A stretch of 64,000 bases of DNA from Octopus vulgaris (lineage: Eukaryota), in the NCBI GenBank assembly GCA_951406725.2, contig OX597825.1, positions 18,600,001 to 18,664,000 on the forward strand. Direction: 5' to 3'. A program made the position numbers and the translations under genes. Below, one piece after another: positions 39,658 through 55,065 of the stretch (position 1 is its first letter; every line of letters starts with the position of its first letter). Under the pieces are notes generated by a model that was not told the DNA's origin, made no database searches, and saw only the letters and a program-made list of their open reading frames with translations.

Positions 39658-41472
39658 CTGGAAATATCGCAAAAAATAATATTTAGCTATGCAGTATAAT
39701 AAAGATACGTTTCAATATCTTAACACTTCATCGGTGTTCTAAATACGGGATGCATTCAAAATGCATTACATGTTATTTTTTTATCGCCAAAACTTATGCC
39801 GCCTGGGAGAAATCCTTTAGGTGTAAGGTAACACCACCTATCTTGTGCATACACGAAAATGTTCATGTCAGAAGTCCTCGTCAGTTTCCGGTTGGTATTC
39901 CTAGTGTACAGACCTGCAGCACCTGCATGGCAGATTTTTGTTTTCCCCGAACGCATCGTGCAGATATACTACATCGAGTTTTGCTAAAAGCTTAGTTATA
40001 GTCAAGTTCAAACTATCCTGAATCCTAAACACACGTTGTATAAAATTTCAAGTTTCAGCCATACGAAAACAAACTGCAATATAAGACGTTTAAATTTAAT
40101 TCGCCTTGAGTTGTATTACCATTTAATAATATAGACAATGAAAGAAAAACATTTCTTCCAGTGGAAACCATAGGTAGAAAATATTAGTTAAACCTCATTC
40201 TCAACTTGGAATTAAAAATTCGTTTCCAGTTGGTGGTAGAATTCGGGAATACATTGGAATAATTCTACTTCAGAACAGGGGTCTCTTATTTTACAAATAT
40301 CGCAGTTAAAATCTTACCAGAACCAATGAAATCTCCTGGCGCTAAACATTACACTTCTACCTGCACATCCATCCATCCATCCATCCACCCATCCACACAT
40401 CCACCTATCCATCCATCCACACATCCATTCGTCCATCCATTCACCCATGTATGTGTGTGTGTCTGAGTGTTTCAGATAATTTATTAATAGAAATCTTATA
40501 TAAGGAAGTGATTTGATTTTTAGCCTTTGAGAGAAAACATCAAATTTTATACTCTACTAAAACAGATTTAGTATAAAGTTATTCAATAATGTAGTGATAA
40601 AAAAAATCATACCAAAATAATGTGTCTAGTAAATAATTTCTATATTCTTACTCTGACAGCAATTCTTCATATCAGCAAGAATTATATTTTTTATTTGATT
40701 CTTTTTTTTTTTAGGCTGAAGAAAAATCAAACGCAATTATTTTTCATTTTTTTCTAACTTTCTCTATAAGCATAAATATTAATGAATAACAACGGAAAAG
40801 TAAAATTTCATTTTAATTACTTATGCTATCAGACATTTGTGAAATAGAAATTATATTGATTTATTTTTGTGCTGAAAGTGTTGGATGATGAAATAAATTC
40901 GATATTGTTTAATGGAGAGCACAAATCTATATAGAATTGTATTTTGTAATCTTCTGAATAGTATTTGTTTGATCTCTTGGTAATTTTCTTTATTTCATAA
41001 AGCTTGGTTAACCCTATTTGTGGTAGGTTTGGTTAAAGTTTTCCTAGTTATTTAACTGATGTAATATCTGTGTTCACTGTCAGAACGAATATTAGTCGAA
41101 GCGAGTGATAATCCTGTTGCTTTTAGCAGAGTTTCAAATGAGAATCCTTCTTAAAATGAGGAATTTTATATACTAGAATAGTTGGAACCGTAAAGCAAAA
41201 ATCAAGGTTTTATTATTTTTATTACTATAAGAACGACTTAAAGTACGACATTGTGCGGAGTGTCAAAGCAAAATCCTATTCGATTTAAACGTATTTACAA
41301 TTTATCGACTGGAAACATTACATAGTTAAAGGAGTCCACTAATTTATCTTGAATATTAAATTGTCATGTCATCACATTTTCTTTAACCTTATTGAAAGGG
41401 GAAAAAAAATTCTTTTACCTGTAAAATACCTGCGCTACTCTTAACTTAGGAAATTGCTCTCATAACATTATT

Positions 41473-41486
41473 GCGCCCTCTAGTTG
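41473..41486 (-). promoter_or_regulatory. CTCF-like motif
   Basis: CAACTAGAGGGCGC versus consensus CCASYAGRKGGCRS (one mismatch) in AT-rich unique sequence. Confidence 0.3.
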
Positions 41487-42001
41487 CAACTCAAGTTAAT
41501 ATAATTTAAGTTTAGTAAGTTGATGTTTCTTTTTATTGCTGTGTGGAATTATCATACTGATGGTTATGTAGTAATCATTTCCAGGTAAGTCTATTGTAAT
41601 TTCATGTATTCCCTTGAAATTTTTAACTAGCACATCGTTTCTTTTCTATAAAATTAGTTCATCTTATTTTCAGTCAAGTTCTCAAATGTCAGCGTATGTA
41701 GGTTTAATTACAAGCACATTTAGATATACATCTTGACAATTGAAATAACTGTTTGTGTCAGATGCACAAAATTATACGGTGTTAGCAATTCCTTTTAAGT
41801 GATAAACTTATTCTGGTGGAAATTGTATGTGATAATGATAAGGAAAGAGAATAATTTGCACGTCAGTTATAACACACAGCTCTTGAACCGAATAAAGATG
41901 CAACCGTAGTGATTCGAAGTTCAAAACGAAATAACTAAAGTCAATTGTAAAGCGGAGTACTGATGCCAATCATTATTTTCTCAAATAAACAAGTCCTTTA
42001 C

Positions 42002-42083
42002 CGTAAATAGAGGATTGTGCTGGAAGCTATCAAAACAATGGGTTATTGATACAATTGTCACTAAAAGTAACTTCTTGTGAAAC
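42002..42083 (-). other. Candidate 82-nt exon, signal-peptide-like
   Basis: ttattctgtgttcctatttacag|G TTT CAC...TTT ACG|gtaaag; open frame FHKKLLLVTIVSITHCFDSFQHNPLFT. Confidence 0.2.
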
Positions 42084-43086
42084 CTGTAAATAGGAACACA
42101 GAATAAATTATGAAGAAAGCATAGTTAGCAATGGATAAATCACACAGCTTTTGCTTTATAAGCATCACTGGTGTTGTTTTTAATTTTATGTTGGAGAATA
42201 TTGCCCAAAATCCGCATCTGCTTGATATGAAAATTTACGCTTTTTTTAGTGAGTACCATTCGTGTGTCTTCAAAGAAAATGCTGTCATTTGAATGTTGGT
42301 TCTTATGCGCCTAGTATCTAAAGTCCAGCTGCGAAAGAGGGACGTGTATATATATCAATATGACAATATGATATGTTTATTGGAAACAATACATAAATAG
42401 TAGCTTTAATACCAAAATTTAAAATAAATGATCGAATTAGAACGATAAGAGAAATAATATATTAACAAGAAAAAACATGTTATAATCATTGAAAAATACA
42501 TTTCCTGGCGTTTTGCTTGTTCCAGAATTGTAGGTGCATACGTACAGGGAAGTAGTGAATACCGATGTGCCTAGTGCCTTCCAAAAATATAACCAAAGAT
42601 AGATGTCCATTTAAGATCCAGTGGACTAGAGAAATATCTATGAAACAGGTCACCTCTTCACTTTAATATTTCTCTGTCGTTTGTACTCCGTGTAAGTTTC
42701 ATCTATTAATATAACTATATAAGTATTTATACTTAAATATTCAGTGTCCGAAAATCTGGTCTTGCCTTCTCTCTCTATATATATATATAATTCACAAATT
42801 AATTAATCAAAGGACATAATAAGGATGTCTACCTGCTAGAAGTAACAGTAAAAACTCTTATTTAAATCGTTAAAATACACTGATAATAGCTACAGAATTC
42901 AACTGTCCGAAGGCAAACGGGCCACGACAATATTTCAGCATGCATTCAAGTATTTGGACTCACGTGGACGAGCTTCTGGACTGCATGTGGCTGATTAGCA
43001 AGCTAATCACCACAAGCCACTCCTGTGTATGTATGTAAGTATGTATGTATGTATGTATGTGTGTATGTATGTATGTATGTATGTAT

Positions 43087-43480
43087 GTGAATGGAAGGAG
43101 ATTCCGGCAGAAACCAAGGCTGCGATTTAAGGACTGTCAAGTCCTCATTAAAGGCCTGTGATATGCAGGACACTGACTTGGAGAACAATGCCTGTCCTCG
43201 CCACAGATGAAGGAAGCAGGTTAAGGAGGGGATCTACACTTTTGAGAGAGCACGTATCCAGCATGAAGAACTTAAGCGAGCTGCACGAAAGTGCACAGCT
43301 CGTATAGTGAAAGGGGAAAGCTTGGTCTGCAATGTTTGCAGTCGTGTAAGCTTGTCAAGAGCAGGGCTCATTAGCCACCAACGGAGCCGCAAATGCAAGA
43401 TATAAGTTAGTCCTAGAGTGCACAATGTACCTGAAGGTCGGCAATGGTCTTCCTCGGTCACGAGTGGACGGCCATCATCA
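43087..43480 (+). mobile_element. RTE-clade LINE 3' end inserted in (TATG)n
   Basis: GRRFRQKPRLRFKD...KSSLKAC...FERARIQHEELKRAARK...CNVCSRVSLSRAGLISHQRS (C-terminal zinc-finger-like); short 3' UTR ending CATCATC; (TATG)n on both sides. Confidence 0.85.
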
Positions 43481-44295
43481 TGTATGCATGTATGTATGTA
43501 TGTATGTATGTATATAGAGATAGATAGATAGATAGATACAAACAAACATACATACATATAGAGAGAAAGAGACAGAGAGACATATCTTTTATATGCCAAA
43601 CTGAACTTGTTATACTTAATTTGTTTATCCACATAATTGCTTGCATCTCTCCACAGCTACCTACGAATGGACATTTAAAAGGCTATGCCACTCCGGGCTA
43701 TAGCAAAGACACCTGCCAATGGTGCCACGCAGGAAAACTGAAGTTTACACCAAGAGGTTGTGAAACGAAGTGCTTAATTGCTGAGCCATTAACTGCATCA
43801 CTTTATATAGAAGCATTATGAGTAAACAGAAAATGGCGTGAAATCTTAAAATTATGATTGGGTATAAATCCCCTGGAGATCTTGCTTAATGAAAAAGAAA
43901 TAATAAGAAGAGTGGGAGATCATACTTAATGTAATATGCAAATATGTTTTAATGAATTAAACTGGCACAACTATTAATGAGAAACATCATTAAGTTAATG
44001 AAAATTTCTAAGTAAGACAAAGGAGAGAAATCCACAATTTTCAACTAACCAAAGCAGCATGTTAGCAAATGCGGAAATGTATCGTTGTAATTAGGCATAC
44101 GATGCATGTGTTACTTCGCTGTGTGTGGGCGTGAGTTAGTGTCTGTTCATATGATTGTGTGAGCGTGTTCGTTTGTGGAGAAAGGTGGAGATTTTGATTT
44201 TTATCGGGGATAATACAGAAATAACTGGTAATAGCAAGAGCAACGGCAACTAGAACAAGGATAATGGTTTGAAATTTTGGAATAAAGCTAGTGTA

Positions 44296-44434
44296 GTAAT
44301 AATAATAATAATAATGATGATAATGATGATAATACTAATAATAATAATAGTGATAATGATAATATTAATAATAATAATGATGATGATAATGATAATAATA
44401 ATAATAATGATAATGATAATAACAATAATAATAA

Positions 44435-44465
<31 letters not shown>

Positions 44466-44479
44466 AAGAATAAGAATAA

Positions 44480-44554
<75 letters not shown>

Positions 44555-44576
44555 TGATGATGATAATGATAATAAC

Positions 44577-44617
<41 letters not shown>

Positions 44618-44738
44618 GATGATAATGATAATAATTATAATAATAATAATAATAATAATGATAATAATAATAATAATGATGATAATAATAATAGTAATAA
44701 TGATAATGATGATGATAATAATCTTGATAAGTATGATA

Positions 44739-44775
<37 letters not shown>

Positions 44776-44792
44776 CAACAACAACAAAAATA

Positions 44793-44887
<95 letters not shown>
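44296..44887. repeat. (AAT)n/(GAT)/(GAA) microsatellite
   Basis: Direct reading. Confidence 0.95.
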
Positions 44888-46306
44888 TGATATTTATTTC
44901 TATTTTTCAATTGTAATGATGTATTTTAACTGTATATCATCTCCATTGCTCGCACAGCACGTGCAAATACGCTCGCCACAATATAATCCAATTAACATCA
45001 AACCATCTCCGTCCCGAAACATCATGAACAGAAAATTATAAATAAATTAAATAATACCAGTAGTATTCAACCCAAGAATAACAATCGGGAAGTACGTACT
45101 TTAAACTCATTACACAAATAGTACGTAAAACTACATGTGCAAAACATTTAACACCAGAAATGAAAGGATCAGTACCCTACGAAAATGATGACCGTCAAAA
45201 TAAAAAGCCGGATGTTATTCCTCATGTCCCGCAAATAAAACCAAAAATGCATAAATGGACACGAGGGTAATGTATTCCAATCCTACACGCTTATTTTGCA
45301 GCATTGCACTAACCAAAGAACGAAAACACATCAACATATACATATAAAATCTAGAAGAAAAATAACCCAGATAAAGTCTTTGATACAGCAATGAACCCTA
45401 ATAAAGTAGCTAATATATGAAGATATATTATCAAAACAAAATAAATATCAGAAACAGAAATAGAACAGTTAAAAGGAAAAATGAATCAGGAAAATTTAGA
45501 TAGTATCCACAGAGCAATACCAGATAATATCATAAGCACTGGGACTGTAAAACGCGAATAGAGATGTAACATTTCCAACAAAAGCGAAGCAAACAAGGAA
45601 AGACAACAAACCCAGATTGTAGGAATGTATAATGACAAGCAAAATGCACGAAACCAGAACACCACAGACAAATATATGAAGAGAGAGAAGGAATACGAAA
45701 CAAGTCCGAATCCTAGAAACAGTGAAGACGAACGTAATGATTATGAACTTCTAAAAATGAGCATAATCAAAAAAACTAAAACCACAGATCTCAGTATGGG
45801 CTACCGATTTTAAAATTAAAATTGTTACTAAAACAACATCAATAATAAAGAGCATGAGCTTGGACGTCACAGAAGTAGTAGCCACAGAAACAAATGTCAA
45901 TATGACCAGGCATTATGACATAATATATGCAGCAGCTACTATGGCCACAAAAGAAGCTGAATACTCCCTCAAACAGAGCCAAACAGGACTACCACCACCA
46001 AAACAAATCCCGTGGAAAAGTTATATCCAGAAAAAGTAGAAAATCAGAGAAACGATGCGTCAATCCTTAATGAAACTAGTAGACAATCAATACTAGTAAG
46101 CAACAAGGAGAGAACAAAAATACTACATAAATACAAAATTACAGAACAAAGTACACCTGAGGTAAAAGAACAACCAAAGCAAGATGTCCTCGACAAAGCA
46201 CAAAGAATCCGCCAGTATATATATGACGGCCTAGGTATAACACCTTGTTGTTTCTTGAGTGAGACTTGTAACCAACTCGTACAATTACAAAGCAAAATCC
46301 AAACAT
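44888..46306 (+). mobile_element. Internally deleted R4/Dong-like element (5' UTR plus ORF N-terminus fused to 3' UTR)
   Basis: Decayed peptides KMHKWTR, ISETEIEQLK, IYAAATMAT, PWKSYIQKKV, KQDVLDKAQRIRQY; 46218-46306 matches the reverse complement of 21804-21920; (AAT)n on both sides. Confidence 0.8.
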
Positions 46307-46344
46307 ATAATATTAATAATAATATTAATAATAATAATAATAAT

Positions 46345-46385
<41 letters not shown>

Positions 46386-46453
46386 TAGTGACCATGACAA
46401 TCATGATGATGTCGACGATGATGATGATGTTGATGATAATGATGATGATGAGA

Positions 46454-46493
<40 letters not shown>

Positions 46494-46879
46494 GGGTGAC
46501 GATTGTGATGATGATTATGAGGATAATGAGATTGATGACGATGATGAGGTTGATGATGTGGATGATGATGTGAATGATGATGATGTTGATGATGATGATG
46601 AGGAGGAGGAGGATATTGAGTATGATGAGGATGATGAGGATCATGATGACGTTGGTGATAATGATGATGAGGAGGAGAAGGAAAAGTTGGATGATGATGA
46701 TGATGATGATGACGATGATGAGGTTGATGATGTGGATGATGCTGAGGGGGATGATGTTGATGATGATGATGATGAGGAGGAGGAGGATATTGAGGATGAG
46801 GATGATGAGGATGATGATGTTGGTGATGAGGAGGGGGAGTAGGAGGAGGAGGAGGAGGAGGAGAAGGAGAAGGAAAAGG

Positions 46880-46918
<39 letters not shown>
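46307..46918. repeat. (AAT)n then (GAT/GAG)n tract with an internal ~175-bp tandem duplication
   Basis: GACGATGATGAGGTTGATGATGTGGATGAT...GAGGATATTGAG...GAGAAGGAAAAG occurs at ~46537 and ~46711. Confidence 0.9.
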
Positions 46919-46919
<1 letters not shown>

Positions 46920-47474
46920 GTAGTAGTCTGTTTTATTCAAATTGCTCTTTACTTAGTATTAAGCTTCGAAATGAAAGAACATGGTTGGTAGTCTGTAGGC
47001 TTCTCAGCTTGCTTCGCTGCACTTTTAACGGTGGCGCGTTACACAAGCAGTCAGACCAGCATAAAATACAGTACGACTGATCTGATCAACTAGCGATTTC
47101 CAATGAAAAGGAACAAATCACTTGATGACACAAACACTTCGCAACCTAAATTTCCCCAATTGGAAAAATTGCATTGTCGTTGAAATGAAACGACAGGAAT
47201 GAATGTGTTGGTGGTGGTGGTGGTGGGGGAAATGAGATTGAAATTAATGAACCAAGCGATACATACTCCTGGTCGCGGATATGTGTGACTTGTACGCAAA
47301 TAATTTTCAAGTACAACAGAATTAAACGTTATTATACCGATTTTGCTAACGTTCTTTTGATTCGCTAATTGCATTATTGAACTTCGAGTTGTAAGATTTC
47401 AACGGATTGATGAAGAAATCGGTAAAGCAGGCAATTGATTACCACTTATGGTTCTATATAAAGAGAATATCTGC

Positions 47475-47581
47475 ATGTGCGTACGTGCGTGCGTGTGCAT
47501 GTATGTGCGTGTGTGTGCGCGCTCGTGTGTGTATATGTATGTGTCTGTGTATGTGTGTATGCACACACACACACACATATA

Positions 47582-47661
<80 letters not shown>

Positions 47662-47825
47662 AATATAAATATATATATATATGTGTAAATATAAATATAT
47701 ATATATATATACACATATATATATATACATATATATGTGTAAATATAAATATATATATATATATATGTGTATATATAATGCGTACACGTATGCTATATAC
47801 ATCTGTATAAATATATGTGTGTGAG

Positions 47826-47880
<55 letters not shown>
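47475..47880. repeat. (TG)/(CA)/(TA) microsatellite field
   Basis: Direct reading. Confidence 0.95.
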
Positions 47881-47884
<4 letters not shown>

Positions 47885-47887
47885 AAT

Positions 47888-48249
47888 TTACTTTTACTTG
47901 TTTCAGTCATTTCACTGCGGCCATGCTGGAGCACCACCTTTAGTCGCATCAAATCGACTCCAGAACTTAATCTTTGTAAGCCTAGTACTTATTCCATCAG
48001 TCTGTTTTGTCGAACCGCTAAGTTACACCAGCATCGGTTGTCAAGCGATGTTGGGAGGACAAACACAGATACACAACTTATACACGCACATATATCTATA
48101 TATATATACATATATAAGACGGGCTTGTTTCAGTTTCCATTTACCAAATCCACTCACAAGGCTTTGGTCGGCCCGAGGCTATAGTAGAAGACACTTGCCC
48201 AAGGTGCCACGGAACTGTGCTACTTACTACACAGTCACTCTTGCACCTA
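47888..48249 (-). mobile_element. SINE family A, near full length with small deletions
   Basis: Reverse complement of 15740-16149. Confidence 0.9.
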
Positions 48250-48995
48250 TATGTGTGTATATGTTTATATACATACGTATGTACATATATATTTATGAGT
48301 GTGGAGATAGTGAGAGAATGTGAGAATGAGAGAGGCAGACACAAAGACAGAGGGATTGATAAATTAATAAGCTGGTTGAATAAACGTAGATACACGAACT
48401 GGACAAAGAACCAAAATTAAAATGAAGTTAGAATATCAACAGGGACATACAGCGGTCAGAGTATTTTCAGTCGAATTTAAGTATCTGATAGATTGATCCT
48501 AAAATGCTAGTAATTCTGTGGTTACTGACGCGATATAGTCGCCTTTGGAACGATACACGTGAAAGGAGTCAACGATACGTGTGAAAGGCGTCATTCAAAT
48601 TGATTTGATTTCAAAGATGGCTGCGTTGATTTTCTTTCGTCAGCCATAACACACGTCGTCAATTCGTTGAGGAATTTGCATAATGAATTAAATTGAACAT
48701 TTCATTTTACAGTGATTCATTTTAAGCAATCTCATCTGTAGGTCTCACTCAAGGCCAATGGGATTCAAATCTAAGTTTAAAGCTCAAATTGTACATGGTC
48801 ATCTACCTTAAATGTCCTAAATACTCTCTTCAATTCAAAGTCATTAAACTTGACAGTATTATGTCCTTTTGAGCAGGTACGGGGTCAAGATTTCGGAGGG
48901 ATCTACTCTTTAAGTTAACACGAGTAAATGTCATGTAATTTCTTAATCTTATATGGTAGGGCTGAATTTGTGTAAATGTAATTGAAATGAGTAAA

Positions 48996-49330
48996 GGCGC
49001 ATGGCTCAGTGGTTAGAGCAACGAGCTTACGATCGTGAGGATGTGAGCTCGAATCCCGGACCGGACTGCATGTTGTGCTCATGAGCAAGACACTTTATAT
49101 CACGTTGCTCCAGTTCACTCAGCTGTAGAAATGAGTTGCGACGTCACAGGAGCCAAGCTGTATCGGCCTTTGCCTTTCCCTTGAATAACACTGGTGGCGT
49201 GGACAGGTGAGGCCGGTATGCATGGGCGGCTGCTGGTCTTTCATAAACAACCTTGCCCGGACTTGTGCCTGGGAGGGTAACTTTCTAGATGCAATCCCAT
49301 GGTCTGTGTCGTGACCAAAGGGGGTCTCAG
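48996..49330 (+). mobile_element. SINE family C, full length (tRNA-derived head)
   Basis: GGCGCATGGCTCAGTGGTTAGAGC (A box), GAGCTCGAATCCCGG (B box-like), GAGCAAGACACTT...TTGCTCCAGTTCACTCAGCTGTA; eroded flanking repeat AATTGAAAT. Confidence 0.92.
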
Positions 49331-50329
49331 AATTGAAATCAACAATTATACAGCTTTGAATGAATTCAGGATTTAGACACGTTGAATATTGAATTTTATT
49401 TACAATATAACTATAACATTAAATATTACATTTCTCCCCATTGGAGAAATTTCATTGCAATTATATAATTTTAAATGGTTTTCACGTTTCATCGATTCAA
49501 ATAGACAATTTAAAACTTGTAAGTCAAAAGCAACATATTTTAGTTCAAAATCTAAACACATCATTCACGACATAAACACGTGTTTTTATTCTTTTCTAAT
49601 TAGGTATAACAAGCTCCCAAATTTGTGTCTTAGAAAATTTGGTATTTGTTTAACTTACATAGTTCCACGTGTCATACTGCATTCAAATGTTCTGGGAATG
49701 TTACAACGGTCAGCCTCATTCTTTTGCCTCTGTCTTCCAGAGACAGAGACAAGGAATTATAATATGAATTTCATAATGTAACCAAGTAAATTACTCTATA
49801 ATTGATGCTCTGCTTCGAATTATTCGTTCCACAGCGAAATTGTTGGATATCTTCTTCCTGTCCCTTGAACATTCATAGATAATTGATGGTTAGGCTCATT
49901 TCGCAGAGTCTCCAGAAGACAAGGGAGGCAAAAGTCCTTAAAGAGCTTAAATTGGGTGGGTTAATTTCAATCGACCAGAAAATGCCTTTGACAAAATTGT
50001 AGAGTCAGGTACAAACATTTCATGGAATCACAAGTGAGATGTGAGTGAAACTATGATTAGCAAGGTCACTGCCAAAGGAGCTCTCCCTCTTTGAAACCTC
50101 TTCACATTCGAAAATAAAGACATGCATCAAGATTTATAAATCTAAGAGTGATGTTAATAATGAAATATGATTTTTGTTCTACAAACTATCGTTTTACATT
50201 GCGCAGCTTTTTGAGATAAGGCGTTTATATATTGAAAACATCGTATCTTTCCCGTGAATGTAACGATTAGTAAAAATAAAAGTATCTTTTTTATGCATTT
50301 CCATATGAATGAGTACCGATTTAGTTTTA

Positions 50330-51410
<1,081 letters not shown>

Positions 51411-53465
51411 TAAATGAATTTTATTGTTTAAAGCAGCTTTTTTATATATCACCTTTCAATTCAGTGAGTAGATTTCTCTTTTGTTCTCGATTAATATTAA
51501 CACCTACATATTTTGTCTTTTTCATTTTTCTATATTCTCTTTAAGTAAAGAAATTCTTCCTACGTATCTAAATTCATCTATTTGTTATAAACATATAAAT
51601 TCAACATTAGATATTCATAAAAATGTTGCTTCTCTTTAAATAATTCGTTATCAATTTTTAAACTCTCATAAAGGTTACCCACTTCGAAAAAAATTTAGAG
51701 ATCACCATCGACTTCCCCACTGGGCTTTCTTAAAATTTTAACATCCCCAAAAGCACAATACATTACTACAGTTGAAATATTTTTCAGAGTAGACACAATC
51801 AGTCATGTTTTTCTTACTGCTTTTCCACGAAGGATAGTGAAGCACATGACGTGTTATAAGGCTTACGACACTGGTGAGAAGGAGGTGCTAAACAATTCCA
51901 AAGATCCATGTCACTGTGTTAGACCTGTGACGGATAAATTTCACCATTCGTGTATACCTGGGGTTGGATGTGAACTCAAAACACAAAGAGCCAGACCCAA
52001 ATACCCTAGGTATCCGGTCACACATTTTTAGTCTACCAACCCACTGCCATCTCTCGGCACCTTATTTGTTTTATTTACACCGGAAGAATAAAAGGCAAAA
52101 TCTTTTTTGCAGGAATTGAAATCAGTGTACCAGGAGTCGGAAAATTTACAGAAAATTCCCATCGAATTCTCTCAAGTTTTTCCTATATGGATGAGACTGC
52201 GAAGCCCAATTTTATAACAACTTAGAGAACAATTATTGAATACTTCAATCAGTTTTCGTGTCGGTCCGAGAGGTTTCTATGACAACGGTATTCCCCAGTC
52301 GGGGCTGCTATATATCCGCCATTAAGAGGACATATTTGGCGGTTCTACGGACATGTAAGTAAAATATATCAAGAAAGTGTTCCAAGGCTCTTGATGCTGA
52401 GATAACAAGGAGGAGAACAATATGGTTGGATTATAGTCATCGTCTCCTTTCGTCTCACTTGGAAATATAGCCAAAAAACCTAATGACGGTTGCTTCTGAT
52501 AAGAGATCACATGAAGAATGACTCCACCCCATGATTCGCCTTGTAACGCAGATGGGTCAAGATGGATGGATGGATGGATGGATGGATGGATGGATGGATG
52601 GAGGAACAAATTGAGAAATGGATGGATGATACACTGAGTACAAATTAAGCAACTCAGACCCATATTTTTTTCTAAAACGATTTCCTAAATGTTATTAATG
52701 AGATCTTCACTGATGAAATAAAGTATCAGCAAAGAAGTGAAGCTTATGCTATCGTATATACCCTTCAAATGAAAGACTGTAGAAGAGAGACATGTGAGAA
52801 AACAGGAAAAGCTGACAAATATCAAATCCACAGCGAATCGAAAAAGAAACTAGATACTGCGTCGTTAAAATGGTTATGACTGCTCCAATGATTATTCTAA
52901 TGATTATTTGTTATTAAAACCATGTATGTTAATAAGTAGTAATTGTTATTCCTTTATTCCTTTATTCATTTATTCTGGCTGTTATTATATTAGCAGCTCT
53001 GAATCTCTGTAGCTTTTCCCTTCGCTCTAAGATGGCTACTGAAATAATGGCGATATAATTATACGTAATATTATATAAAATATAGCATTCTTTTATTCTG
53101 TCTAATATAAACCCAAAATTCTGCAACATTGCTATCGTTCTTTTGTTCGAATAAATAATTTTCCTTTGTGGTTACGTTACAGCATATGAATACCTAAAGC
53201 ATTATATTTTATTTTTTGTATTTTTTGTTTATCTTCTTTCTAAATATATCTTCTTGCTGTGTCAACCCTGCTTTGTAATTATTGCTGAAATAATATATAG
53301 AGGTTTCTTAACGTTCATTCTTTAAACTGTTTTATTGAAAGATAGTACAATAGCAATGTGAATAAATGTAGCAGTCGCCCAAGGAATTATCGTACTATTT
53401 TCGGATTCGAATTTTCATTGCTTTTATGCTAAATGGTTTGGGGTGCAGAAAATGTAATATAATTC

Positions 53466-53520
53466 TCTCTCTCTCTCTTTCTCTTTAGCACTCTTTCTCT
53501 CCTTCTCTCTTTCCTCTTTC

Positions 53521-53583
<63 letters not shown>

Positions 53584-53584
53584 G

Positions 53585-53655
<71 letters not shown>

Positions 53656-53702
53656 CATATATATAAATATATATATACATATATATATACATATATATAT
53701 AC

Positions 53703-53758
<56 letters not shown>

Positions 53759-53762
53759 AATA

Positions 53763-53800
<38 letters not shown>

Positions 53801-53870
53801 GTGTGTGTGCGCGTGCGTGTTTGTGTATGTGTGTGTTTATGTATATATGTGTGTGTTTATGTATGTATAT
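53466..53870. repeat. (TC)n(TA)n(TG)n field
   Basis: Direct reading. Confidence 0.95.
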
Positions 53871-54620
53871 ATCAACAAATAATCAGAGCTTTTCAATTTC
53901 ATTCCGAAAGCGATCACTGTACAGACTTTATGAACAAATATATTTTTGACACGGTACACTACCACTGTTGATTAATTATCTGTTGATGCATAATTTTGAT
54001 GAGAAAAATGTAGCAGCTAATATCAAATATGATTAATACAAATGTTTTTTAAGGCAATAAATACCATGGATTTCACAATATTTACTAACGATATTATATA
54101 TCCTGATATGAAATCAGCCCTAACGCTAACATTTTTATTTTTAATTATTTTTCAAGTCTACGAAATTAGTATATAATGAAAATTCATTGAACAGGTTTTA
54201 ATTTAAACGACTGCACTTTACACAGCTAAAACATTAACATACACGATGCCTCAGTAAATAAATGGAAAAGAATTGGTGTTGTTAGTTACTTGGAGACAAT
54301 GTTCATTGTGGGATACTAATTCATTTTCAGTAACCAGTCGAGCCTGCAAAGTATCGATTTCTTTGTAGACAATATTAAGTCCTAGAGAAGTTCTGATTAT
54401 CATGGTTAGTCCGTATTAAAAACCCATACTAGCGGTATTTCCATCTAGATATATTATTTTTCCGTCACTGAAATTTTGTAATATTAGTACAGGGATCTGG
54501 AAACTCCAAGGAGAGATTCTTGCAGAACTTGATTATATGTTTTATATGCACATACACACAGATGCACGTCCGCATGCATACACACATACACATATACCAG
54601 TATGGGTAATTTCTACGTGA

Positions 54621-54697
<77 letters not shown>

Positions 54698-54933
54698 CAT
54701 ATCAAAGGGAAAAGGAAATTAATTAAATTTTACATTTCCAGTTTGTCTAACGTGTAAAAATTTAGTCTAAAAACTATGTATTAGTCATAAGATACAGTGT
54801 ACATTTAAAACACATGAACAATCCACTCATAGGATTCAACACGCTAGATAGAACAGCTAGGTTCTATAACCACAAAATTAGGGATAAAATTCGACGAGAA
54901 CGAAATGAAAAATAAAGACATTTTACCATCTAG

Positions 54934-55018
54934 TTTCTTGGACCAATTGGTTTCTGATTTTAGTTAGGCGAGTAAATGAATAACATATTTACCCGCCTGG
55001 TGCAATCGTCTTCAGCAG

Positions 55019-55021
<3 letters not shown>
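54934..55021 (-). ncRNA. Type I hammerhead-like motif with long stem II and palindromic stem III, in a (TA)n-flanked element (54695-55020)
   Basis: Minus strand TTTCTG-CTGAAGA-CGATT..AGGCGGGTAAAT/ATTTACTCGCCT..AATCA-GAAA-CCAATTGG-TC-CAAGAAA; GUC site at 54941-54943. Confidence 0.7.
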
Positions 55022-55059
<38 letters not shown>

Positions 55060-55065
55060 CATACA

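Noticed and set aside
46012-46842. 276-aa acidic ORF
   Set aside because: Chimera of a retrotransposon remnant and (AAT)/(GAT) repeats.
48996-49070. tRNA gene (also 61500-61570)
   Set aside because: The tRNA-like segment continues into a SINE body and one copy has a TSD; these are SINE heads.
52705-52742. CTTCACTGATGA...GTGAAG hairpin
   Set aside because: No GAAA plus NUH in the required position.
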